From positions 1-63,494 of the forward strand of contig JBFKEC010000001.1 in NCBI GenBank assembly GCA_041619315.1: a stretch of DNA of 63,494 bases. The letters run 5' to 3'. How positions within the stretch are numbered: position 1 is the stretch's first letter; the number at the start of each line of letters is the position of its first letter. The stretch comes from Oceanococcus sp. (GTDB taxonomy: Bacteria; Pseudomonadota; Gammaproteobacteria; Nevskiales; Oceanococcaceae). Both the position numbers and the translations under genes were made by a program. Below, piece after piece: positions 8,504 to 19,817 of the stretch. The notes beneath the pieces were generated by a model. That model was not told the DNA's origin, did no database searches, and saw only the letters and a program-made list of their open reading frames with translations.

Positions 8504-10867
8504 GTGAGTGCACAAGCCCGGGCGGGAGCTGACCGCCCCCATTGGTTGATGCGCGGAGTGCGCGAGGCCGTCCTGCTGAGCGCCACTTTTTTGGCGCTGT
8601 TTTTGCTGCTTGCACTGGTCAGTTACGACCGTGCGGATCCGGGCTGGTCAAGTACCGGGATGAACCTGCGCCCGGAAAATCTGGGCGGCCTTATCGGCGC
8701 CTGGGTCGCGGACATACTGCTCAGCGTTTTCGGCTGGCTGGCCTTTGCTGTGCCGTGGATGATTCTCGCCATCGGCTTGATGCTTTACCGCGAAAAAAGT
8801 GAGCGCCTGGGCGAGAATCCGGGGGTGCGCGGGGCCGCCTTGCTGATCGTTTTGATTGCCGCCTGTGCCATCAGTGGCATGCATGCGCCCGGTCATACCA
8901 GCCTGACACCGCAGGGCAGTGGCGGCATTGTTGGTACCTCGGTTGCGGAGATGCTGATCCAGCTGTTCAGTCCGGTCGGGGCGACCTTGATGTTACTGAT
9001 GATCGTGCTCGGGTCATTGCCGCTGGCGCTAAAATTTTCCTGGTTGCAGCTGATGGACGAAATTGGCGCGCGCACGCTACGCCTGTTCGAAACGTTTGCG
9101 CAGGCCAGGGAGCAGCGGCGTGAGCAGCGTGAAGCGCGTGCCCAGCATCGGCAGGATGAACTGCGTCAGCGACGCATGCAGCCAGCCGTGGACGAGCCGG
9201 AAGAACTGGCCCTGGTCAGTGAGCCCGCGATGTCTGTTGCGGCGCCCAAGCTCAGCATCAGTAAGCGCAAGAGCAAGCGCAAGAAACGTGATGCCGTGCC
9301 CGAAGCACAGCTGGCTTTGCCGATCCACGAAGGCGGCACCGATGGGGCCAGCGTCGAGTTCACGGGCAATCCCTTGCCGCCGATTTCGATGCTGGATTTG
9401 GCGCGCGAAGATGTGCTGACCTATTCCGATGCCGATCTGGAACAGATGTCGCGAGATCTGGAAGGCCATCTGGCCGATTTCGGAGTCGATGCAGAGGTTG
9501 TCAATGTTGCGCCGGGGCCGGTGATTACGCGCTTCGAGCTGCAACCCGCGCCGGGGGTCAAGGTCAGTCGTATCACCAATCTGGCCAAGGATCTGGCGCG
9601 CGCACTGTCGATCGTGAGTCTGCGCGTGGTCGAGGTCATTCCCGGGAAATCGGTGATCGGGATCGAGATCCCCAATCGCCAGAGGGCGATCGTGAGCTTG
9701 CGTGCGGTGTTCGAGTCGGCCGCCTATCAGAATGCCAAGTCACCTTTGACGTTGGCGCTGGGTAAGGATATCGGCGGGGTGCCGGCGACTGCGGATCTGG
9801 CCAAGATGCCGCACTTGCTGGTCGCAGGTACCACCGGTTCGGGTAAGTCCGTGGCTGTCAACGCCATGATCCTGAGCCTGTTGTACAAGGCCACGGCTGA
9901 TGATGTGCGCCTGATCATGATTGATCCGAAAATGCTTGAACTGTCGGTTTACGAGGGGATTCCGCATCTGCTCGCCCCGGTTGTGACCGACATGAAAGAA
10001 GCGGCCAATGCGCTGCGCTGGTGTGTGGCCGAGATGGATCGGCGTTACAAACTCATGGCGAAGTTGGGCGTGCGCAATATTGCTGGTTTGAACAAGAAGC
10101 TGGATGAAGCGCGCACTGCTGGATCGCCGATTGTTGATCCGCTGTGGAAGCCGGCCGAGGAGTTTGATGACCAGGCGGGCGCACCGGAGCTGGAAAATAT
10201 GCCGTATATCGTGGTGATCATCGACGAACTCGCTGATCTCATGATGGTCGTAGGCAAGAAGGTGGAAGAGTTGATTGCCCGCCTGGCTCAGAAAGCGCGT
10301 GCGGCGGGTCTGCATCTGATCATTGCCACGCAGCGCCCCTCGGTGGATGTGATTACCGGCTTGATCAAGGCCAATGTGCCGTCGCGCATTGCCTTCCAGG
10401 TGGCATCGAAAATGGATTCACGGGTGATCATCGATCAGCCGGGCGCCGAGGCTTTGCTGGGCCATGGTGACATGCTGTATTCCGCCAATTCCCCGGTGCC
10501 GCGCCGTGTACATGGCGCGTTTATTGACGACCATGAGGTGCACAAAGTGGTGGATTACCTCAAGCAGGTGGCGCCTGCTGATTACCATGACGACATACTC
10601 AGCGGTGCCAGTGATACGGCATTGCCCGGCATCGACCCGATAGAGGGTGGTGAAGGCGGTTCCGAGACGGATGCACTCTACGATCAGGCGGTGTCGATCG
10701 TGACGGAAACCCGCAAGGCCTCGATATCCTGGGTTCAACGGCGTCTCAAGATCGGCTACAACCGGGCCGCCCGCATCGTCGAGGACATGGAGGCCGCCGG
10801 TGTGGTCAGCGTGCCCAATGAAAAAGGCCAGCGCGAAGTGCTGGCGCCGCCGCCGGTGCAATCATGA
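8504..10867 (+). CDS. ftsK: DNA translocase FtsK
   Basis: N-terminal TMs, [36 protein letters not shown], gamma domain ([13 protein letters not shown]). Confidence 0.97.
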   Translation: MSAQARAGADRPHWLMRGVREAVLLSATFLALFLLLALVSYDRADPGWSSTGMNLRPENLGGLIGAWVADILLSVFGWLAFAVPWMILAIGLMLYREKSERLGENPGVRGAALLIVLIAACAISGMHAPGHTSLTPQGSGGIVGTSVAEMLIQLFSPVGATLMLLMIVLGSLPLALKFSWLQLMDEIGARTLRLFETFAQAREQRREQREARAQHRQDELRQRRMQPAVDEPEELALVSEPAMSVAAPKLSISKRKSKRKKRDAVPEAQLALPIHEGGTDGASVEFTGNPLPPISMLDLAREDVLTYSDADLEQMSRDLEGHLADFGVDAEVVNVAPGPVITRFELQPAPGVKVSRITNLAKDLARALSIVSLRVVEVIPGKSVIGIEIPNRQRAIVSLRAVFESAAYQNAKSPLTLALGKDIGGVPATADLAKMPHLLVAGTTGSGKSVAVNAMILSLLYKATADDVRLIMIDPKMLELSVYEGIPHLLAPVVTDMKEAANALRWCVAEMDRRYKLMAKLGVRNIAGLNKKLDEARTAGSPIVDPLWKPAEEFDDQAGAPELENMPYIVVIIDELADLMMVVGKKVEELIARLAQKARAAGLHLIIATQRPSVDVITGLIKANVPSRIAFQVASKMDSRVIIDQPGAEALLGHGDMLYSANSPVPRRVHGAFIDDHEVHKVVDYLKQVAPADYHDDILSGASDTALPGIDPIEGGEGGSETDALYDQAVSIVTETRKASISWVQRRLKIGYNRAARIVEDMEAAGVVSVPNEKGQREVLAPPPVQS

Positions 10868-11496
10868 TGCGTATGACCGCACTTTTGCTTGGCAGTGTCT
10901 TGTGGCTGCTCAGTGGTCTGGCCAGCGCTCAGCCGCTGGATGACCTGAAAGCGTTTTATCGCGATGTCACCAGTTTGTCCGGTGATTTCGAGCAGCGTTT
11001 GCTGGATGAGGATGGCGATACGCTGGAGCGTTACGCCGGTCGCTTCTGGATGCAACGCCCGGGCCGTTTCCTGTGGCGCTATGACACGCCGTACGAGCAA
11101 CAGCTTGGCTCTGATGGTGAGACGCTGTGGCACTACGACGTGGATCTGCGGCAGGTCACCAAGCGTGATGCCGAAACCAGCCTGAGTGGCACCCCGGCAG
11201 AGTTGCTCGGTGGTGATTTGTCGCAGCTCGATAGCTATCAACTGACCCGGCTGGATGACGAGGACGGACTGCAATGGCTGCAACTGTTGCCCAACAATGA
11301 CAGCTCGGATTTCGCCCAGATTCGCATTGGTCTTGCGCAGGGCCAGCCGACCAAAGTGGTGCTGAGCGATCGTCTGGGCCAGACCACAGCGATGACTTTG
11401 CATGATCTCAAACGCAATCCGGACCTGGATGGCGCGCTGTTTGATTTGCGTGTGCCGGACGGTGTGACGGTGGTCGATGAACGCAGCGGGCGCTGA
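10864..11496 (+). CDS. lolA: Outer-membrane lipoprotein carrier LolA
   Basis: Signal peptide, [28 protein letters not shown]; between ftsK and rarA. Confidence 0.93.
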   Translation: MMRMTALLLGSVLWLLSGLASAQPLDDLKAFYRDVTSLSGDFEQRLLDEDGDTLERYAGRFWMQRPGRFLWRYDTPYEQQLGSDGETLWHYDVDLRQVTKRDAETSLSGTPAELLGGDLSQLDSYQLTRLDDEDGLQWLQLLPNNDSSDFAQIRIGLAQGQPTKVVLSDRLGQTTAMTLHDLKRNPDLDGALFDLRVPDGVTVVDERSGR

Positions 11497-11845
11497 TTCG
11501 CGCTGGTGGCTGGGCGGCTTGCTGGCCTGGGCATTCATCGTGGCATGGTTGATGTTCTCGCCGGCACCGGAACTTGGCAGTAGCGCGCCCTATGCCGACA
11601 AACTGGCTCATCTGGGCATCTTTGCGCTGGCCGGGGCCTGGGTGGCCTGGCATGAGACAGCCTGGATGCGGGCCTGGCCATGGCTGCTGGCGTTGATGGC
11701 GTATGCGGTATTTACCGAACTGGTCCAGCATCAGCTGCCCACGCGTAGCGCCGAGCTGGCTGATGGGTTGGCCGACGGTCTTGGTATCTTGATTGGCTTT
11801 GCCATGGTGCGTGGTGTGCGGATGCGCCAAGGGCAATCCGCGTGA
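11477..11845 (+). CDS. VanZ-like membrane protein
   Basis: DKLAHL..F, TELVQ..LPTRSAE.ADGLAD..G motif pattern; overlaps both neighbours. Confidence 0.8.
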   Translation: MNAAGADSRWWLGGLLAWAFIVAWLMFSPAPELGSSAPYADKLAHLGIFALAGAWVAWHETAWMRAWPWLLALMAYAVFTELVQHQLPTRSAELADGLADGLGILIGFAMVRGVRMRQGQSA

Positions 11846-13131
11846 GCGCGCCTTTGGCCGAACGCATGCGTCCGGCAACACTGGATCAGGTCTGTGGCCA
11901 GTCCGCATTGCTTGCCGACAACGGGCCTTTACGCCGTGCGCTGACCCATGGCCGGCTTGGTTCGATGTTGTTCTGGGGGCCGCCGGGCGTGGGTAAAACC
12001 ACACTCGCTCGGGTGCTTGCCGCCGACAGCGGGCGTGAAATCCGCGCCCTGTCCGCAGTGCAATGCGGGGTCAAGGATCTGCGCAAGGCCGTTGATGAAC
12101 TGCCGCAATCGCCGGCTGGCATCGTGTTCATCGATGAGGTGCATCGTTTCAACAAGGCCCAGCAGGATGCCTTGCTGCCGTGGGTTGAGAGTGGACGTAT
12201 TGTTCTTCTCGGGGCGACCACCGAAAACCCTTCGTTCAGTATCAATCGGGCCTTGCTGTCACGTTTGCAGGTGATGGTGCTCAAGGCTCTGGATACACCG
12301 GATTTGCAGGCTTTGATCGAGCGTGCGCTGGTTGCACCACACGGCCTTGATGGCGAGATTGAGGCTGATACCGAGGTGGTGCTGCGCATCGCCCAGTTGG
12401 CCGATGGTGATGCGCGACGCGCGCTCGGCTTGCTTGAGCAGGCGTCCACACTTGCGGTGTCCGGGCGGCTTTCATTGGACGCGGTCGAGGCCGCCCTGAA
12501 GACCCAGCCACGCGCATTCGACAAGGGTGGCGATGAGTTCTACGACCAGATTTCAGCGCTGCACAAATCGGTGCGTGGTTCCGATCCGGATGCCGCGCTG
12601 TACTGGTTGGCGCGCATGCTGGATGGCGGCTGTGACCCGCAGTACATCTCGCGCCGCCTGATTCGCATGGCCAGCGAGGACATCGGCAATGCCGACCCGC
12701 GCTTACTCGGGCTGTGCATGGATGCGGCCGAAGCGTATGAACGGCTGGGCAGTCCGGAAGGTGATCTGGCCCTGGCGCAGGCGGCGGTCTATCTGGCCTG
12801 CGCGCCCAAGAGCAATGCAATCGAAATGGGCTGGATGGCGGCGCAAAAGGCCGTGCGCCAGGGCGGAAGTCAGCCGGTACCGGCGCGTTTGCGCAATGCC
12901 CCGACCCGGTTCATGAAAGAGCAGGGCAATGGCAGCGGCTATCGCTACGCGCATGATGAGCCCGATGCGGTGGCCTGGGGCGAGCATTACTTGCCGGACG
13001 CCTTGTTGGGGCAGCGCTATTACCAGCCGACCTCGCGCGGGCTGGAGCGCAGTATTGGCGATAAGCTGGACAGGATTCGCGCGGAACAGGACAAGACGTT
13101 GGCTCAATACCGCAAGCGAGGACGCAGTTGA
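11842..13131 (+). CDS. rarA: Replication-associated recombination ATPase RarA/MgsA
   Basis: PLAERMRP, WGPPGVGKTT, FIDEVHRFNKAQQD, ISALHKSVRGSDPDA, ASEDIGNADP. Confidence 0.96.
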   Translation: MSAPLAERMRPATLDQVCGQSALLADNGPLRRALTHGRLGSMLFWGPPGVGKTTLARVLAADSGREIRALSAVQCGVKDLRKAVDELPQSPAGIVFIDEVHRFNKAQQDALLPWVESGRIVLLGATTENPSFSINRALLSRLQVMVLKALDTPDLQALIERALVAPHGLDGEIEADTEVVLRIAQLADGDARRALGLLEQASTLAVSGRLSLDAVEAALKTQPRAFDKGGDEFYDQISALHKSVRGSDPDAALYWLARMLDGGCDPQYISRRLIRMASEDIGNADPRLLGLCMDAAEAYERLGSPEGDLALAQAAVYLACAPKSNAIEMGWMAAQKAVRQGGSQPVPARLRNAPTRFMKEQGNGSGYRYAHDEPDAVAWGEHYLPDALLGQRYYQPTSRGLERSIGDKLDRIRAEQDKTLAQYRKRGRS

Positions 13132-13496
13132 ACTGGTTGGCCGTGGCATTGGGCGGCGCGTGTGGCGCGTGTCTGCGCTTCGGTTTGATGCGCCTGATCC
13201 CCCCGGCTGGTGGTTATCCGTGGGCGGTTCAACTGGCCAATGTGCTGGGCAGTTTTCTGATCGGTTTGCTGTTTGTGCAGATCGCCATGCGCTGGGGCAA
13301 TCAGCATGCGGCCTGGCAATTGCTAGGGGTGGGCTTGCTCGGCGGCTTCACCACCTATTCGACCTTTTCCCTGGATACCGTGCGCCTGATCGAGCAGGGC
13401 CGCATGTCGACCGCACTGGTGTATGTACTGACCACGCTGGTGCTGTGCATAGCAATGGCGGCGGTGGGCGTCCTGCTCGGTCGGCGGCTGATGTAA
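13128..13496 (+). CDS. crcB: Fluoride channel CrcB/Fluc
   Basis: GGACGACLR, ANVLGSF, GLLGGFTTYSTF motifs. Confidence 0.95.
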   Translation: MNWLAVALGGACGACLRFGLMRLIPPAGGYPWAVQLANVLGSFLIGLLFVQIAMRWGNQHAAWQLLGVGLLGGFTTYSTFSLDTVRLIEQGRMSTALVYVLTTLVLCIAMAAVGVLLGRRLM

Positions 13497-13513
13497 AATT
13501 GCGTCCTTTTTGA

Positions 13514-14800
<1,287 letters not shown>

Positions 14801-14813
14801 TCTCAGGCTGAGC

Positions 14814-16022
14814 TCACAGCGGGTCGCTTAGCCAGCATTCCACCACGCTGCCGGCCGCAAGGTCGGCGCCCGCGGGAATGCGCGCAATGGCGTTCGCGCT
14901 GGCCAGGTTGCTGGTCATGTGCGAGGCCTGATGAGGCAGGGCGGTCAGCACCAGTTGGCCTTCGCTGTTGGCCTGCACATGGCCGCGGAGCAGACGGGTT
15001 CGGCGGCTGTCGGCGCGAATGGCCTCGCCCAACCGCAGGTGAAGACTGCTCGGCGGCGGGGTTCCGCACATGCGGGCCAGTGCGTAACGCACATGCACCA
15101 TCGCGCAGGCGTAAACCGAGGCCGGATTGCCGGGCAAAATGAACACCGCCTGACCTTGTGGACCCAATCCGAAGCTCAGCGGTTTGCCTGGTTTTTGCGC
15201 CACTTTCCAGAAGCGTTCCTCGATACCGCAGGCTTGCGTGGCGCTGCGGCTGTGATCGTGATCACCAACCGAGGCGCCGCCACTGATCAAAAGCATGTCG
15301 GCCTTGCTCAGCGCGGTTGCAATGTCGGCTTTGAGTTGCTCAGGGTCATCCGGACACAGCCTGACGCTGCTGATTTGTGCGCCGTTCTGAAGGGCAAAAT
15401 GGCGCAGAAAAGTCCCATTGGATTCGAAAATCTGTGCGGGTCCCCTGGGGGTTGCCGGCGCCACCAGCTCGCTACCACTGACGATGATGGCGATGCGGGG
15501 CTGGCCTAAGCAGTTGATCCGAGCATGACCGGCGCCGGCCGCAATCGACAGTTGTGCGGCATTCAGACGCTGTCCGGCATGCAGCAGAATGTGCCCGGCA
15601 CGCACTTCCTCACCTTGTTGGCGGACATTGCGGCCAGGTGTCAGCGGTTGTGAAAAGCGCACGCCATCAGCCTGCGCTTGTACATTCTCTTGAATTTCCA
15701 CGCTGTCGGCGCCGGGTGGCAAGGGCGCGCCGGTGAAGATGCGCGCGCAATGGCCAGCGGGCAAGGTCTGCGGTTGCTGTCCGGCAGCGACAGCCTGATG
15801 CAATGGCAAGGCAATCGGGTGGGTCTTCGATGCGTCGGTCAAATCAGCGGCATGAACGGCATAGCCGTCCATCGCGCTTTGCCGCATCGGCGGCAGATCC
15901 AGAGTGCTTGCGACATCTTGTGCCAGGACGCGGCCGAGGGCGTGTTCCAACGCCAGCGGCTCGTGAGCAGTGGACGGGTAGAGCACGTTGTAGTGCTCAA
16001 TTGCCTGTTCAAGGCTCAGCAT
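14814..16022 (-). CDS. moeA: Molybdopterin molybdenumtransferase MoeA
   Basis: SAMDGYAV, RIFTGAPLP, SGGASVGDHD, KPGKP, LPGNPAS. Confidence 0.95.
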   Translation of the reverse strand: MLSLEQAIEHYNVLYPSTAHEPLALEHALGRVLAQDVASTLDLPPMRQSAMDGYAVHAADLTDASKTHPIALPLHQAVAAGQQPQTLPAGHCARIFTGAPLPPGADSVEIQENVQAQADGVRFSQPLTPGRNVRQQGEEVRAGHILLHAGQRLNAAQLSIAAGAGHARINCLGQPRIAIIVSGSELVAPATPRGPAQIFESNGTFLRHFALQNGAQISSVRLCPDDPEQLKADIATALSKADMLLISGGASVGDHDHSRSATQACGIEERFWKVAQKPGKPLSFGLGPQGQAVFILPGNPASVYACAMVHVRYALARMCGTPPPSSLHLRLGEAIRADSRRTRLLRGHVQANSEGQLVLTALPHQASHMTSNLASANAIARIPAGADLAAGSVVECWLSDPL

Positions 16023-16025
16023 GAT

Positions 16026-16931
16026 CTAGCTCGGGCGATGCAGCACGCCGACGGCATGAACCACGCCGGTACGAATGGCTGACCAGCTTTCGCGCGTGCC
16101 GGCCAGACTGCCGGGCAGGGTGATGACCAGTGAACGTCCGATGGTCCCGGCGACGCCGCGCGCGATCAGCGCCAGCGGGGTGCGTTGCTGGCCGAACTGG
16201 CGTGCGGTTTCCATGATTCCCGGAACATCCTTGTCGAGCATGGCGGCGATCGTTTCTGCAGCGCAGTCATCGGGTGCCAGGCCGGTGCCGCCCACCGTGA
16301 GGATCAGTGCATTGCTGTGCGCCACCGCGTGGGTCACGGCATCACGCAAATCCTGCGCCTGCGGCGGCAGAACCTGACGCTGAATCGGCGCAAACCCGGC
16401 CTCTTCAAGAGCGCTGGCAAGCCAGTCGGCGGCGGCGTCGGGCTTGCCGCCATTGGCGATGCGGCTGGACACGGTGATGATGTGGGCCGGGCGCGCGGCT
16501 TTGAGGGCGCGGCGGTGATCAGACTTGCCGCCGGTTTTCTCCAGCAGGCGCGTGCCTTCAATCGACAGATCCATCCCGGCATGCGGTTTGAGCATGTCGT
16601 AAATGGTCAGAGCCGCAACGCTGGCGCCAGTCAGGGCTTCCATTTCCACCCCGGTCGGGCCGATGGTGGCAACCACGGTTTCAATGCGCAGGGCGTCCTT
16701 GTGCAACTCGAATTCGACCGCGCTGTGTTGCAGTGTCAAAGGATGGCAATGGGGCAGCAGTTCCCAGCAGCGCTTGATCGCCATCATGCCGGCGATGCGC
16801 GCCGCTTCACGCACATCACCCTTGTCGATGGTGCCGTCGAGCACGCGCTGAGCGCAGTCCTTGGGCATGCGCACCCAGGCTTCGGCGCGTGCCTGACGCG
16901 CCGTTGATGGTTTGTCGCTGATATCTCTCAA
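16026..16931 (-). CDS. moaC: MoaC fused to a MoaB/MogA-like domain
   Basis: MoaC motifs (KGDV..AARIAG, LLPHCHP, TGVEMEALT, IYDMLK, KTGGKSD) then a MoCF domain (GGTG, ITLPGS); start probably TTG 16931 (LRDISDK, GGGA SD) rather than GTG 16967. Confidence 0.9.
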   Translation of the reverse strand: MRDISDKPSTARQARAEAWVRMPKDCAQRVLDGTIDKGDVREAARIAGMMAIKRCWELLPHCHPLTLQHSAVEFELHKDALRIETVVATIGPTGVEMEALTGASVAALTIYDMLKPHAGMDLSIEGTRLLEKTGGKSDHRRALKAARPAHIITVSSRIANGGKPDAAADWLASALEEAGFAPIQRQVLPPQAQDLRDAVTHAVAHSNALILTVGGTGLAPDDCAAETIAAMLDKDVPGIMETARQFGQQRTPLALIARGVAGTIGRSLVITLPGSLAGTRESWSAIRTGVVHAVGVLHRPS

Positions 16932-17022
16932 GCTGCGGTCCCGGATCGTTGTGGTGTTTGGCGCCACGCATTGTACTCATGCCGACCGCATAACGGCGCT
17001 GGGCGCACTGGCGCTGCAGGTG

Positions 17023-19575
17023 TCAGTCGCCGAAGTTGTAGCGCAGTTCAACAACATACTGCGGCTCATCTATCAGGGCCACGGTGGCGTAATTGCCCGG
17101 AAACTGGGGCTGGTCGATGAGCACAGCGCGTTCCTGCTCGCCGCTCAGATTTTTGGCATTGACGATCAATGACCAGCGCCGATCCAGGGGGGCAATGCCA
17201 AGCCTTGCGTTGATTTTCGTGGTCGCTTCTTGATGGCTGGCGGGATCAAGGTCCACATCGAGGAAGTGTTCGCCCTGATACAACACATCGATTCCAAACA
17301 AGCCGCCAATCTGGTGCCGTGGCCATACCGGGAACTTGATCGACGGGGTGAAACTTGCGCTCAGGCGCGGCGCAAACGGGGTTTCACGCCCGCTCAAATC
17401 CTGGGTCGGCGGTGGGTTGGCTTCGGCGCTGGTGTTACAGGCCGGATCACTGGTGCTGGACCCGGCCTGGGCTGGGCCGCAGCGGAAACTCCCATAGGCG
17501 ACGTCACTGATGCCCAGACTGCCGGCCAGGGTCAGAAAATTCAGCGGCGGCAGCCATTGCAGATCGATTTCCAAGCCTTGTGACACGGCGCTGGCCGCAT
17601 TGATGGTGCTGATGTTGGTGCCGTCAAACAGGTTGACCTGTAAATCATCAAATTCGACCCGATAGGCGGTGGCGTTGAGCATCAAACTGTCATGCAGCCA
17701 TCGGCTCTTGATGCCCAGTTCAAATGACAGGGCACTTTCCGGTTCGTATTCCAGATTGCGCGGGGCCAGCAGCGGGCCAGAGTAACCGCCACTTTTGAAT
17801 CCACGTGTGGCATTGGCAAACAGCGTGAAGTCATCGCTGGGGCGATAGCTCAGCGCGATTTTGGGTGAGCGCTCGATTTCGTCCCTGGAGGTACGGCTCT
17901 CAAACTGGCGCTGGCCTGCAAACAATGCAGCCGCCGGGCAGGCCGGGCGGTTGGCGCAGCGCGACCATTGCTCGCCCTGCTTGCGTTCGCGACCGTAGCG
18001 AAAACCCAGGGTCAGATCGAAATTGTGGGTCAGGCTCCAGGTGGTCTGGAAAAACGCAGCCAGCGCACGCGCATCGATGAGTGTGGCGTTATCGAGTATT
18101 TCGACCGCCAGTGATTCGGGGATCAGGTCAAACGGGCCGGGAACATCGCTGATGTCGCGCGGCAGGCCCAGGCTTTCAAGCAAGTCGCCCAGTGCGGCCG
18201 GGGTTTGCGGAAGGTTACTGCCTGGTGATGTGCCGCCAGCCAGCAACGAGTCTATGACGCCGTTCATATTGACGTGAACATCCTGGGTCACGTCAGCCGA
18301 GCTTTGCATGCCGTAGGCGCCGACGATCCAGTCCATGTGCTTGCCGAGGCCAAACAGGCCGCTGGTGGAAAATGCACTGCGCAGTTCAAAGGAACGCTGG
18401 TGATAGGTTTCCGGGCCGTTCGAGGCCACAGATTGCGAATCCAGCGGTGAGAAATCACTGTCGAGCAGGTAAGGGGTTTCAATTTGAGCATCGGCCAGAA
18501 TCAGATTGATGCTCAGATCGTCGAGAACACCGATACGGCCAATGAACTGCTCGAGTTTGAGCCACAGGCTGCGCGCATCCCGATTGGAATAATTGGCTTC
18601 GTTGAAAGAATTGCGGCCATTGAATGGCTCGGCGTCGGCATCCGGGTCTACCCTTTGGTAGCGCTGCAGTGAACGCTGCGAGGCTTGCTGCAGTTCGAAT
18701 GCGTTGCCGCGTGTTTCGGTGTGCGCGAGCAAGGCGCCGGCGTCGATGGTCAGGGTGTCGGTGGCCAGCCAGCGCAGCTTGATGCGGCCGCTGAGGTCCT
18801 GGGCCTTGGCCGTTTCATCGCGCATGGTGTTGTACATGCCAAGATTGCGATCGCGGGCGCGAAACGACACCCGGGCGGCCAGTGTCTGGTCTATGAGTGT
18901 GGTGCCCAAGGCCCCTTCCACGCGCTGCTCGGACAGGCTGCCGCGGGCCAGTGCGACGAAACCCTGGGTCGAGAAATCCGGTTGCGCGGTGGTGAAGTTG
19001 AGCACACCGGCGATGGTGTTCTTGCCAAACAGCGTGCCCTGGGGGCCGCGCAGCACCTCGACCCGATCGATATCGAAGATGGCATCGGCGATGAAGGTCG
19101 AACGACCATAGAACACATCATCAATCGACAGCCCCACAGAAGGTTCCAGATTGCGTCCAAGCGGGGGCGAGCCGAAACCACGAATGTTGATGGTGGGCAG
19201 AAAGCTAGCGGCTTGGGCGTACTTTACGTTGGGGGTGTACTGCATCAATTCGTGCGCTTCGACTATAGCGGCATCCTGAATCTGGGCCCGCCCCAGAGCC
19301 GACACGGAAATGGGTACGTCCTGCAGACTCTGTTCGGTTTTCTGCGCGGTCACCACAATCTCTTCAATGCTGCGAGCGCTGTTACGTGGTTGTGCTGTCG
19401 GAGCCGCTTGTGCGGCCATGCGGATCGTGGCAGGCGGGGCTGGTGAGGGCATGGGCGTGGCGCTGGCAGATGGGGGCGCGAACAGCGCATCGAGTTCGTC
19501 GCTGCTCGCCACAAATGGCCATGCGGCCAGCACCATACATAGCCCAAGACCTGTCACGGCTGGGTTCAATCGCAT
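17023..19575 (-). CDS. TonB-dependent outer-membrane receptor of the sulfatase module
   Basis: Signal peptide, TonB box/plug IEEIVVTAQKTEQSLQDVPISV, RVEVLRGPQGTLFGKN, GFKSGG, C-terminal YNF; ATG 19575 has a GGAG SD (alternative 19587). Confidence 0.93.
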   Translation of the reverse strand: MRLNPAVTGLGLCMVLAAWPFVASSDELDALFAPPSASATPMPSPAPPATIRMAAQAAPTAQPRNSARSIEEIVVTAQKTEQSLQDVPISVSALGRAQIQDAAIVEAHELMQYTPNVKYAQAASFLPTINIRGFGSPPLGRNLEPSVGLSIDDVFYGRSTFIADAIFDIDRVEVLRGPQGTLFGKNTIAGVLNFTTAQPDFSTQGFVALARGSLSEQRVEGALGTTLIDQTLAARVSFRARDRNLGMYNTMRDETAKAQDLSGRIKLRWLATDTLTIDAGALLAHTETRGNAFELQQASQRSLQRYQRVDPDADAEPFNGRNSFNEANYSNRDARSLWLKLEQFIGRIGVLDDLSINLILADAQIETPYLLDSDFSPLDSQSVASNGPETYHQRSFELRSAFSTSGLFGLGKHMDWIVGAYGMQSSADVTQDVHVNMNGVIDSLLAGGTSPGSNLPQTPAALGDLLESLGLPRDISDVPGPFDLIPESLAVEILDNATLIDARALAAFFQTTWSLTHNFDLTLGFRYGRERKQGEQWSRCANRPACPAAALFAGQRQFESRTSRDEIERSPKIALSYRPSDDFTLFANATRGFKSGGYSGPLLAPRNLEYEPESALSFELGIKSRWLHDSLMLNATAYRVEFDDLQVNLFDGTNISTINAASAVSQGLEIDLQWLPPLNFLTLAGSLGISDVAYGSFRCGPAQAGSSTSDPACNTSAEANPPPTQDLSGRETPFAPRLSASFTPSIKFPVWPRHQIGGLFGIDVLYQGEHFLDVDLDPASHQEATTKINARLGIAPLDRRWSLIVNAKNLSGEQERAVLIDQPQFPGNYATVALIDEPQYVVELRYNFGD

Positions 19576-19665
19576 ACGTCTCTCCATCCGTGCCGTCGTT
19601 ATTTATTGGGGCCGACGGTCTGCGGGAATGCGATAGCGGCAGGTTGTTGTCCTGGCGCCATAAGA

Positions 19666-19680
19666 TTTACAGAGTGTCTA
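19666..19680 (-). promoter_or_regulatory. Putative operator, copy 1 (TAGACA-N3-TGTMAA)
   Basis: Minus strand reads TAGACACTCTGTAAA; near-identical to 19738-19752 and 21640-21654. Confidence 0.65.
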
Positions 19681-19737
19681 ATTTGTCTCAGTGCGCACGC
19701 ATCGTCAATGCTCTGGCCGTACGCCAGATGCGTGAAA

Positions 19738-19752
19738 TAGACAAACTGTCAA
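19738..19752 (+). promoter_or_regulatory. Putative operator, copy 2
   Basis: TAGACAAACTGTCAA, near-palindromic, in the AT-rich region upstream of the TonB receptor. Confidence 0.65.
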
Positions 19753-19817
19753 TAAAATCAGAAGGGCACGCCGACCGACCCGTTGGGCCGGTCAGCGCAA
19801 AGCGGGCGTGTCGCGCG

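Noticed and set aside
19764-19812. Hairpins after sulfatase 1 as a REP element or ncRNA
   Set aside because: Imperfect stems, no second copy noticed and no clear U-tract; at most a weak terminator.
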